Shown: positions 13,791 through 24,167 of the stretch, piece by piece
Layout: every line of letters begins with the position of its first letter
Numbering within the stretch: position 1 is the stretch's first letter
Assembly: GCF_035084215.1 (NCBI RefSeq)
Contig: NC_090346.1
Span: 4,464,001 to 4,528,000 of the forward strand
Direction of reading: 5' to 3'
Origin: Heptranchias perlo
Taxonomy: Eukaryota
Length of the DNA: 64,000 nt
Position numbers and translations under genes: made by a program
Notes under the pieces: model-generated
What the model was told of the DNA's origin: nothing
The model's database searches: none
What the model saw: only the letters and a program-made list of their open reading frames with translations

Positions 13791-13844
13791 TAAAGAAATA
13801 ACTTGCAAAGAGTTCCTTTTGTGATTTATCAGCTGCTTCCATAC

Positions 13845-13913
13845 AGATCAGCCATGATCTAATTGAATGGCGGTACAGGCTCGAAGGGCTGAATGGCCTG
13901 CTCCTGTTCCTAT
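13845..13913 (+). mobile_element. CR1/HER1-type 3' tail fragment
   Basis: AGATCAGCCATGATCT...GAATGGC...CTCCTG; same tail as 52560-52647. Confidence 0.7.
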
Positions 13914-13976
13914 GCCCCTGACTCCTGACGGTATCCGTGCGGCAGCCTCAGCCCCTTGCCCGGCGCCCGGCCTCTC

Positions 13977-14136
13977 GCGCATGCGCGTGCTCCAACGGTC
14001 GCCGGCGGCGCGTGCGCGTGCTCCAACGGTCGCCGGCGGCGCGTGCGCGTGCTCCAACGGTCGCCGGCGGCGCGTGCGCGTGCTCCAACGGTCGCCGGCG
14101 GCGCGTGCGCGTGCTCCAACGGTCGCCGGCGGCGCG
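13977..14136. repeat. 31-bp GC-rich minisatellite, about 5.2 copies (GCGCGTGCGCGTGCTCCAACGGTCGCCGGCG)
   Basis: TCCAAC recurs at 13991, 14022, 14053, 14084 and 14115; copies identical except one base in the first. Confidence 0.97.
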
Positions 14137-14181
14137 AGCAGGGGTTCCGGACGCCTCGGGCCGTCGAAGTGTGGACGGTAA

Positions 14182-14236
14182 ATGGCGTTCTGTTCGTTTT
14201 TCGGCGGAGAGGTTTACAAGGATCACTTCGAAAGCG
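14182..14236 (+). CDS. MSRB1: MSRB1 coding exon 1 ([19 protein letters not shown])
   Basis: ATG at 14182; 55 nt ending in G|GTAAGT donor; matches the vertebrate MSRB1 N-terminus [11 protein letters not shown]. Confidence 0.95.
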
Positions 14237-15792
14237 GTAAGTCCGGGTGTTGCTGAGACTTGGGGTGAGGTGGGGGAGTTTTATCAGTTCAACTTTTAAA
14301 CGGGATTTAGTTGTTAGTAAAAATGGCGAGTTTAGTTGAAGTGCGCAACAACCCGGCGCCCGACCACACCGTCTGTCTAACTTCATCATTCGTGCACTTT
14401 TATTGCCGAGCGCGGCGATGACGAACTTTCCGCCGGCTGCCCCGCTTCCTTTTTCAGTGTAAAAGCCGCCGCGGTGCCCGGCTCAGTGACCGTCCGCCGA
14501 GGGGCAGGTCCTGGCGGGGGTGTCCGCCGGGCGTTTGACTGAGTCGCTTCTGGTCCAGCTTCGGACCGGACTGTCTGGAAATTTCTAACATGGAAGCCAG
14601 ACACTAAACGTCTGTAAGTATTGGGTAAAGTCTGACACGCACACATTTAATTCAGTAGAGCATATCATTTTAAAAAATAATTCTTGATGTGGACATTGCT
14701 GGCGAGGCCGGCATTTATTGCCCATTCCTAATTACCCTTGAGAAGGTGGTGGTGAGCCGCCTTCTTGAACCGCTGCAGTCCGTGTGGTGAAGGTTCTCCC
14801 ACAGTGCCGTTAGGAAGGGAGTTCCAGGATTTTGACCCAGCGACGATGAAGGAACGGCGATATATTTCCAAGTCGGGATGGTGTGTGACTTGGAGGGGAA
14901 CGTGCAGGTGGTGTTGTTCCCATGTGCCTGCTGCTCTTGTCCTTCTAGGTGGTAGAGGTCGCGGGTTTGGGAGGTGCTGTCGAAGAAGCCTTGGCGAGTT
15001 GCTGCAGTGCATCCTGTGGATGGTGCACACTGCAGCCACAGTGCGCCGATGGTGAAGGGAGGGAATGTTTAGGGTGGTGGATGGGCTGCCGATCAAGCGG
15101 GCTGTTTTGTCCTGGATGAACTACTGGTGTGTTGTCGCTGCACCCATACAGGCAAGTCACGAGTATTCCATCACATTCCTGACTTGTGACTTGTAGGTGA
15201 GCCACTGACCACAGAGTACCCAGCCTCTGACTTGCTCTGGTAGCCATGGCATTTATGTGGCTGGTGAGTTGAGTTTCTGATAAATGGTGATCCCCAGGAT
15301 GTTGATGGTGCAGGATTTGGTGATGGTAATGCCATTGAATGTCATGTTGAGGTGGTTAGGCTCTCGCATGTTGAAGATGGTTATTGCCTGGCACTTATGT
15401 AGTTTGAATGTTATTTGCCATTTATCAGCCCGAGCCTGTATGTTGTCCAGGTCTTGCTGCAACTCTTGCCCAGATCTTGTTGCAATTATTTTTCTTACTT
15501 CCCCTCCCTCTCCTTTTTGCCTGAAAGGGCTGACTCCCTTCAGGGCTATGGTTCCATGGCTGCTGGGGACCTTCCTGGATTTTCTGTATGCCACAGAATT
15601 TTTTGAATCTGGACAGGGAGTGTGGGTATTTATCCATGAAGTGCATCATAGCCAAGCCTGATCTAATCCTCACCCATCATTCACAAACATGTACATCAGC
15701 GGCGCATACTGAATAGCGATCTTGAATGATTTTTCCTCACTCTAACCCAAGAGGCCAATTGTTGTCTTCTAATAAGTGTCAGCTGTGTCTCT

Positions 15793-15823
<31 letters not shown>

Positions 15824-18800
15824 CTGTGTTCAAGTCCCACTTCAGAGACTTGAGCATGTAATCCAGGCTGACACTACAGAGCAGTACTGAGGGAGCACTC
15901 CACTGTCAGAGGTGCGGTCTTTCGGATGAGTCGTTAAACCGAGGCCCCGTCTGCTCTATCAGGTGGATGTAAAAGATCCCATGGCATTATTTTGAAGCAG
16001 AGCAGAGGAGTTATTCCCGGTGTCCTGGGGCCAATATTTAACCCTCAACCAACATCATCTGGTCATTATCGCATTGCTGTTTTTGGGACTTTGCTGTGCA
16101 CAAATTGGCCGCGTTTCCTACATTATAACAGTGATAACACTTCAAAAATATTTAATTGGCTTAAAGCGCTTTGGGACAACCTGAGGTTGTGAAAGATGCT
16201 ATATAAATGCAAGTTTATTAATGCCACGCTAGCTCAGATTAGTTATCTTAGTGCAGAACCAGAATCAAACCTGGGAGATTTTATTCTGTATGACTTCGTG
16301 CTATTCTGATAGCCAAGATTGTTATATGTAATCCTGCGTTATTTGGATTTGCACTTGGCAGGTAATTGAGGCACTGCTGATAACATTGATTTGTTTTAAA
16401 TTGATGAATCTATTTGTGTAGACCAGTTGTTACTATATTTACATCCTGGATGGCAGTATAGCAAAGCAGTGCATTTAAAGCAGTGTCATGCAGCTCACCA
16501 AATTATTTTGGAATAAGTTGAAGGCTGGTGTTTGCTGATTGTCATTTTATGACACCCACTTCAAGATATTTTATTATATTTTCCTAAGTGTGCAATGGGA
16601 TGTAGGAGAAACTGACCATGTAATTTTGTCTTATAGCACATTGTATTTACAGTGATATGGGGACATGTTAATATCTCCTGTCATTGGTCTAAATGTTATT
16701 GGACATGTTGTTCATTTTCAATTTTGTTGACTGAATGTTAGACTCCTTTAAACATTGTTTCTTTTCAATACAGGTAAATACATTTGTTCAAAGTGTGGGC
16801 ATGAATTGTTTTCAAGTCAGGCTAAGTATAACCATTCCTCACCATGGCCTGCTTTTACTGAAACCATTCATCTGGACAGTCTATCTAAAAGCAAGGATGG
16901 CAAAGATGCCCTAAAGGTAGGAGGATGTCATTGTGGTATTAAATGGAAAATGTAAGATTATTTCGTGTGTATCTGTTAGTATTTGCCATTACCTGGCCTG
17001 GACCATAATCAGCAGCAATGCATGGCCAGTGCACTGTGACAGGAAACTGGGTCCATTTTTAATGCACTCCTTTTAACTCCGTTTTACTGCTGTAGCAGTA
17101 AAATAACTTTCTGCTTTTTGGATGGGAATCCTGACAAAGCTTTTGACAGCTACTGATCTGGCTTGCACCTTGACTACTAGATCACTATAAAAGATGGGAG
17201 GGGGAGAGAGAATGTATGATTTAAAAATATACAACCAGTAACCTAATGAGTAATGAACTGAATGTGTGAGCTTTCTGACATCACAGAATTCACAATAAAA
17301 ACACACAGCTTAATGAACTTGGTGCTTTCCTGCTTAATTGCAAAACTTCAGGACAGCTTGACAAATTTCATTGCATCTTTGGAGTACCTACCATCTACTG
17401 GCAAGGCTGCATAAAATGATTGTGATCATTTTGAAAAAGGTGCCTAAGTAGAACATGTTAATTTTAAAATCACTTTATTTCAGGTTTCTTGTGGAAAATG
17501 TGGGAATGGACTTGGTCACGAATTTCTCCATGACGGGCCCAAGCGAGGCCAGTCACGTTTCTGAATATTCAGCAGCTCGTTGAAATTTGTCCCCAAAGGT
17601 ATGTGCATTGTGGCCAATTCAGTTTACAACAGCTCTATAAATGGCTGAAGAAAAATAACTTCTCACTAGTGCATTGTTTTTTCTCTCCCCATTTATTTTG
17701 AATATTCATTTCAGGTTAGTTTTATAAATTTGAATCCAGTCTACCTAAGCCAGTTTGAAGCTGGAACCTACAGTAAGGAACAATAAGATTAACATGAAAT
17801 TATTGCACTTAATAAAATTCCTGTGTCACTGGATCAGAACTGTTTGCAAGCTAGATTTTGTAACATCCCTTTCTGTCCCCAATAAAGTTGAACTTGGCTT
17901 TAAAAATAACTTGTGGACTTGTTATAATATCCTTTATTTCTGCACATTTAAGTTGATGAAGCAATTTTTTAAAAAAATAATTGGGGCACTGTTTTTGATG
18001 GTAAGTTTATTTTCTCCTGCAGTTAGTGTTGACATTTCAACATCCAATCAATTCTGCTTGGTTTTCTGCCATGTTATATTTATCTAGTGTAACTCCTGTG
18101 TTTTGCTGAATCACTAGTTGGGGGAGGGTCAAAACTGGCAATATGACTGTCGTTGGTTTTACACACAAGATACCTAAATCAGTATTGTATAATAAAATAC
18201 ATCATCAAATAATCAATTAAACTGTAATTTGTATGATAAGGCTATTGCATACAATTTTATATTCAGGTTAAAATAAACACCCAAAAAAGAGTGGAGCGGA
18301 GGAAAAGGCTGCAGAATTGGGGAGAATCAGGGGTCCTGACTATGACCATGATCCCCATTTTCAAAATAAGGTGACAAAGCAGACCTAGACAGTTACAGAT
18401 CTATTGTCTTCACAAAAGCACGGGGAATAATGGAATCAACTGTCAATAATAAATTTGATTACCTGTATGATAACTCAGTTATATAGCAGCGAACGTAGAA
18501 TCAGAGAGGGGAATATCCTATTGATCAACTTTCTTGACTTATTTGAGTGTAACATCCCAAGTGAACTGCCTTTAACAAGTATACCTAGACTTCCAAGAAA
18601 TCTTTGATAAAAGTTCCGCGTGAAGGCTTCTTAAGCTTAAAGTTGTGGGGGATTCAAGCTAAGGCATGGAAAGGATAAGAATTTGGCCGTAGGCTAGGAA
18701 GAAGTGGGTGTTTGTTAAGGAAATTATATGGAGGATCGGATGAGTGATGTATGGAGTGCCCCAGGATCAATGTCTGAGCCCTGTTGTCTCTAATTTATAT

Positions 18801-20096
18801 TAACAACTTGGATTCAGAAGTTCAATGTAAATTGGTCAAATTCACAAACAGTACTAAACTGGGAGGGGAAATTGGGTCTGAGAAAGAGAATGTGTGATTT
18901 ACAAACGGGTTAGATAAAATGTGTTAAGTGGATGCAACAATGGCCGATGGAATTTAACATGGACAAGTACAAAGCAGTGCAAACTGGGCAGCATAAGTAT
19001 TTTGTGAAAGGTGTCAAAATAACTAAGGATAAAGCTGAGAGAGATCTTTTGGGTATTAATAGACTTGGTGCATACCGTCAAATCAGTGCAGAGCAACAAT
19101 CAACAAAGCAAAAAGAATACTGGAGTATAAAAGCAAATAGTGTGCTGGATTATATAGCCAAAACAAGAGTGTAAGTCAGAGAAAGTTATTGCTTAAACTG
19201 TACAGTGCCCTAGTCATACTACATCTCGAGTGCCAGCCCTAGCTTTGGTCACAGAGACATAAGGAAGGCATTTAAAGCGCTGGAAATGGTCCAGAGAAGA
19301 GCCAGTGTTAGAGAACTGAGTTATAAGGAAAGACTGAAGAAATCTGGACTTTTCGGCCTTGAAAGGTGTTGACTAAGAGGGGACCTCTTAAAGGCACGCA
19401 AGATGGTATAAAGGAAAATCAAAAGCGACTTCAAATTAAACACATTCTGATGAGCTCCAGCAAATGGTTTGGTGCAACTGACTGACTAACTAAGGGGTTA
19501 AAATAAAGCATTTTGAGAGAAACTCTTATTATCAATAGTTTAGTGTTAACATTTCTGTAGTAGCCTTAAACTTAAGTTTAATTTAATACAGAGCAGTGTA
19601 ACTTTAACTGTATTAAGGTATTAGATAAGAGATGGTATCGAAGCTTGATGTGCAATTTTTTACTTTGTGTTTTGACTTAATTTCATTGCGTCTTTAATTC
19701 TAAATAGTACTATGTTAATATTTTTCAAATGTGAGGAAATACTTAAACTTGTGAAGCCTGATTCATTGAAATTTTTTTGTGTTTATATGTAATGCCATTG
19801 TTTTGAGTAGTAAGTACAGTAATTCAGCAGACTTGATCTAGTTGTCATTTCTAAAGCTATTTGCACATAGTGTAGGTACAGATAAAAGTTTATGTGTTTC
19901 TTGTTTGGCAAATTGGTTTTCATATCCAAATTGGCTGGATTACTTTTATTGGACTTAATTTTAATAGATTTGTAATACTTTTAAATGAACCAGTTATCAA
20001 TAGAGCAAAAATAATGCAAGAAGCTGTTAATGTGTAAAACATGAATTATCTTTTGTTTTTTTATATGCAGTCAACGGACCTCCTGCGGAAAAATAA
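14182..20096 (+). CDS. MSRB1: Methionine-R-sulfoxide reductase B1 (selenoprotein R/X), spliced CDS join(14182..14236,16774..16916,17484..17598,20071..20096), 112 aa
   Basis: Joined translation: [92 protein letters not shown](U)[19 protein letters not shown]. All introns are GT-AG with consistent phases. Two Zn-binding CxxC motifs (CSKC, CGKC), the WPAF and GHEF motifs, RFUIFS catalytic motif, and a downstream SECIS. Confidence 0.97.
14677..15463 (-). mobile_element. 3' fragment of LINE family B in MSRB1 intron 1
   Basis: Minus-strand QQDLDNIQA...[16 protein letters not shown]...HHHLLKGN* plus tail. Confidence 0.9.
15776..16217 (+). mobile_element. Near full-length Deu-domain tRNA SINE in MSRB1 intron 1
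   Basis: tRNA-like head, core GCAGTACTGAGGGAG...TCTTTCGGATGAG..GTTAAACCGAGGCCCCGTCTGC, L2-type tail GCTATATAAATGCAAG. Confidence 0.85.
16774..16916 (+). CDS. MSRB1: MSRB1 coding exon 2
   Basis: Pyrimidine tract plus CAG acceptor at 16771-16773; [14 protein letters not shown]...[12 protein letters not shown]...DALK; AAG|GTAGGA donor. Confidence 0.97.
17484..17598 (+). CDS. MSRB1: MSRB1 coding exon 3 with in-frame TGA (selenocysteine) at 17562-17564
   Basis: TTTCAG acceptor; [40 protein letters not shown]; G|GTATGT donor. Confidence 0.97.
18520..19440 (+). mobile_element. Old, heavily decayed CR1 fragment in MSRB1 intron 3
   Basis: Remnants of YLDFQK.FDK, GVPQGS, W.MEFN..K and LE.VQRRA with many indels. 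Confidence 0.7.
20071..20096 (+). CDS. MSRB1: MSRB1 terminal coding exon 4 (V)NGPPAEK*
   Basis: T-rich tract plus TGCAG acceptor ending at 20070; phase matches exon 3; TAA at 20094-20096; SECIS about 150 nt downstream. Confidence 0.85.
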
Positions 20097-20240
20097 GGCG
20101 AGCATGGAACTGCTTTTTTATTCATCATCTGGAATGTGTGGTGTTTTTTAAATGCCCTGTAACTTAACATATAGAAGAATTACTATTTCCTCTAGAAAAT
20201 AGCAACAAAGGACTCTGTGTTGGTATTTATTTTTGGTGGT

Positions 20241-20310
20241 TAGTCATTGCATGAAGTTTTCTGGATAAAATCTTCCTTGAATGTCCAGGAAATTGATACC
20301 TACATGATTA
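20241..20310 (+). promoter_or_regulatory. SECIS element in MSRB1 3'UTR
   Basis: Helix I TAGTCAT/ATGATTA; core ATGAA (20251) with TGAT (20294); 11-bp helix II GTTTTCTGGAT/GTCCAGGAAAT; unpaired AAAA at the start of the apical region, with a possible mini-stem. Confidence 0.93.
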
Positions 20311-20911
20311 CACTGACAAAAATACTTGCTGTGTTAAGTAAGTGGGGCTTGATTTTTAAATGTTATAATCTAATCTTTTTTGAAAATGTCAAGCAAAACA
20401 CAATGTGGGGGTAGGAAATCATTTGGAAAGGCACATTTTTCACTGGAATTTGTAACAGAAAGCAGTCTTAATCTTTTGTTCAAATAATATGTATTGTGTC
20501 ACAAATGTAACTAAGGTATATCAAGACAAAGTTATAAACTAAAATGTCTTATCAGTTAAAGAAAACTGTACTTGTGATCTTAAGTGAATAATAGCTGTGA
20601 TATCAAATTATGCAATATGATATAAAAACTAAATTGCTTTAGCTGTACATTTATACACTGTAAGAAAGATTTTGTAGAAAAGAAGGAACCTAATAGGGGG
20701 GGGAATCACAGTAGTTGACATGGAATTATGGTCCACCATAAATTTTGGCATGGTAACCAAGGTTGGTGTCATTGCTGACAATTAAGTAGGGAACTAGTTG
20801 CAGTGGGGTACAGTGGATTAGGCAGTGACCTTTCACCTCTGGGACCTAATCTCATATTTTTATTACTCTGCCCACTATTAGTCGCCAGATGTTTTACTTT
20901 AAGGTATGCAG

Positions 20912-20917
20912 AATAAA
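20912..20917 (+). terminator. Candidate polyadenylation signal AATAAA for MSRB1 (ATTAAA alternatives near 21031 and 21088)
   Basis: First AATAAA seen downstream of the SECIS; T/GT-rich sequence follows the later ATTAAA sites. Confidence 0.35.
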
Positions 20918-22062
20918 TAGCAGATTAGTGATCTGGGACTTAATTTTTTTTTGGTGGGGGCAAGAGAGGAATGAAATTAAAGATCGAGGCTTACTTTTTC
21001 ACTGGTTCTTTTAACACTACACTTGACTGGATTAAATGTTTCTGGTTAGATTTTAAATGCACAATATGTGTACTGTAGGTTTTTCTAAATTAAAAATATA
21101 TTTTGAATCTTGCTGTTTATTTACAGTTTGTTTCTTTCACCAACAGGCTTGCTTTCTTTTTATTTATGCATTTGGCCTTTTTAACTTGGAGTAACTTTAA
21201 TCAGAATGGAAAAAATGATTCAGTAATGTTGACATTAGGGATGAACTCATCTGATGGTTGTGGGTAAATTCACTACCTGGTGTATTGAGCAATATGGAGC
21301 ATCACAGCCCCAGTGTTGTTCCCTAGTCTATGCTGACCTCAGTCTGTGTGGGCCATTGGCGAGGATGGAGTCTGTCGGTGCACGTTGTCTGGGTCCTCAT
21401 GAAAAATGACCATGTGGTTAGGTACTAGAGTACTGCTTGCACTTGTGAAACCATACAGCAGCACAAGTCCTCCCCTTGAGGAGATGAGGAGAGAAAATTG
21501 AGGGTGGGGTGGGGGGGGCGGCAAGAAGGATGAACATATCACATGGAATGGAACAAGCCAACTGTATGCAACATCACTTTGTCAATCAAAAACTGATTAT
21601 TCTGCAGGGAAAACATTTATAATGTAAGTGTGTACTTTTGTTGTTTTAGTTGTTCCATTCACTTTTCCTTTCAGACTCAACATCTCACGCTGATCTGAAG
21701 TAACAGGAGCCAAAATGCAAAATGAACATTTATAGTAATGGAAATCAAAAGATTCATTCTGTATATCTGTTTATTTTGATTTTTGTGGAGCCTTCAAAGT
21801 CCAAGTACACAGACACAAAATGAGGATGTCAGTACAATGATGTCTTCACATTTGGAAACCTATGTTTTCGTAGGTGTACAGGGCAAATTATAGGTCTGGT
21901 TTAGACCAGACCTCTGTTAGCTCTGTTAACACTGCCACACCTCTAGATAAATTTTAGATTTTAATACTGGTGAGTTTTCAAATTAATATTTAAGAGGCGA
22001 GAAGGTTGCACTGCAGTGTTTACTACGTCTGTACTAAGTTCACTAGAAAGAAGGGAAATGTG

Positions 22063-22412
22063 CATTTTTCTAGAACCGTAAGCCATCCCAAACTGCTTTT
22101 CATCCAATTAATTATTTTTGAAGTGTAATCAATGTTTTGTAGGCATATGCAGCAGACAATCTGTGCACTGCAAGGTCTCAAACAGCAATGAGATGAATGA
22201 CCAGTGATCAGTTTTTGTGATATTGATTGAGGGATGAATGTTGGCCAGTACACAGGGAAAACTGTCCTGCTGTTCTTCAAATAGTAAGGAATCTTTAACA
22301 TCCACCTGAGATGGTGGACGGAACTGTGGTTTATCATCTCATCCAATGGGCCTTGAGTGCACAACCTTCTGACTCAGATGCAAGAATGTTACTACTGCAT
22401 CAAGGCTGACGC
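22063..22412 (-). mobile_element. Deu-domain SINE (internally deleted)
   Basis: Reverse-complement match to 15776-16217 (ATCTTTAACATCCACCTGAG, AACCTTCTGACTCAGA). Confidence 0.75.
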
Positions 22413-23084
22413 CTACTGTCAGGAATTTGCAGTGCAGACAATGTATATGCATTAAGGTTTGCAGCTGTTTGCCTGGATGCCCAGAGCTATTGTTTGTTCC
22501 CTCACTGATTGGAATTGAGTTGATACCAAAAAAGTTTTATTTTTAAGATAATGTAATTGGAATACATTCAATCCTGATATTTAGCTATAAATGTGGTTCC
22601 TTTCATTTTAAAAAAAAGCTTGCTTTGAAAGTACAATTCCAGTATCCTCTAGGTTATGCCTACTATAATTCATGTATTTTAACTGGTCACCAATTGTCCT
22701 AGAATTTCGGTTAGAAATCTGAAGTTGAGGCAACCTTAGACATATGATTGTCTTGCACCTTGTAATAAAAGCTGTGGACGGGCTTGCTGACAGTGTAGTA
22801 GATCACCTTTTCTCCTCCCGAGTGGGCAAAAGTGGCCATTGTGGAATGCCCTAGAGCAGCAGGTGTCTTTTGGCTAACTGTTAGAAATTTTCTGTAACTC
22901 ACATTGTGTAACTATAAAATGCTCCTTCCACAGTAGTTAAGTTACTTCTGTCAGCAAGTTATGCGGGGCGGTCTGCACCCTTGCAGTGAACCTTTTTTCT
23001 TCTCCTTGGGCTGCTGGAGCCTCTTCCACTTTGCCTGTTTTTTGTGCTTGCATTTCTACCTGCCTTACCCCACTCACCTCATCA

Positions 23085-23660
23085 GCTGTAGCAATCAACA
23101 AAGCCAATGCTATGTTGAACTACGTAGCCATAACAGTAGAATGCAAGTCAGGAGATAATGATCAAACTTCATAGTGTTCTGGTCACACTGCACCTTGAAT
23201 ACTGTATCCAGATCTGGGTCACCAAGAAATGAGAGACATTCAAGTGCTGGAGAGGCAACACAGAGAAGAGCTACTCGGCTGATCCCCAGGTCTGAGTTAT
23301 GAGGAAAAGCTGAAGAAACCTGGACTTTTCAGCCTTGAGAGAAGGAGGGTAAATTGAACTTTGACGGGGGTACAAAACGGACAGTAGAGGATCAACCATT
23401 GACTTCAATGCAAGGAAAATCGGACAAGGTATATAATGGACAGTTGATCCGTTACCCCCCCCCCCCCCCCCCGCCTTTTTCACCCCCAAGGTGTTAGGTG
23501 ATCTTATAAATTGTAAAGAGTATAGAAAAAGTTAACCCCAAATATTACTTTAAATTAAACTGCGGAAGTAGAACTGGGAGATACAGGTTCCAACTAGTAA
23601 AAGGTAATTTTAGGACTGATATCAGGATGGCTAAATGGCTTCCTCTTCCCTAATTATCTT
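23085..23660 (+). mobile_element. Decayed CR1 3' fragment with a small insertion at about 23346-23490
   Basis: AINKANAML, HLEYCIQIW, LSYEEKLKKPGLFSL remnants. Confidence 0.65.
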
Positions 23661-23979
23661 GTGAGCTACTCTTTAAATAATATCTTGGAAAACCATTTTC
23701 TGTTTTTTAATCAAAACACAATATCTTTATGATGCTACCTTTGGTATGAAAGGTAAATGTTCATTCATGTGCTCTCTGCCAGCATGCTTAGTAATAATTG
23801 CAATGGGGTTACAATTCATGTGCATATTTGAAACATTGCATTTATCTGGACCTACCCCCTTTTAACAAAATAGACCTGAATATTTTTAATCTTAAAAAAA
23901 AATCACTTTCACCTTTCTGGGCTGTTATCAGCTGGAAGGTAATGACGGAGTCAGGGCCACAGGATGACTTCCAGTGACA

Positions 23980-24167
23980 GTGTCAGCCTTGATCTGATAC
24001 CATTCTTGGCTCTGAATCAGAAGATTTTGGATTCAAGGTCCACTCCAAGACTTAAGCACATAATCTCAGCTGACATTCCTGAGGGAGCGCTGCACAGGTG
24101 GAGGTGCCATCTTTCGGATGACACATTAAATCGAGATCCCATCTGCCCTCTCGGCGAATGTAAAAGA
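23980..24167 (+). mobile_element. Deu-domain SINE 5' part, interrupted by LINE family B; resumes at about 28014-28135
   Basis: Core breaks at TGTAAAAGA and continues as ATTCTGTGGCACTATTC at 28014. Confidence 0.75.

Larger units (their letters stand above)
13925..14570 (+). promoter_or_regulatory. CpG-island promoter / first exon region of MSRB1
   Basis: Dense CpG against a CpG-poor background; surrounds the ATG; consensus NRF1 palindrome CGCGCATGCGCG at 13976-13987. Confidence 0.8.

Noticed and set aside
13977-14136. Repeat array as a CRISPR locus
   Set aside because: Units are contiguous with no unique spacers, the context is eukaryotic, and there are no cas genes.
13848-14389. Six overlapping Arg/Ala-rich ORFs around the minisatellite
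   Set aside because: Artefacts of a stop-free GC-rich 31-bp repeat; the real CDS starts at 14182.
17562-17564. TGA as a pseudogenising stop in MSRB1
   Set aside because: It sits at the known Sec position, the downstream residues are conserved and a SECIS is present.
20795-20850. tRNA-like fragment in the MSRB1 3' region (similar to the minus-strand piece at about 170-275)
   Set aside because: Too short to classify; most likely a truncated SINE head, with no evidence of function.
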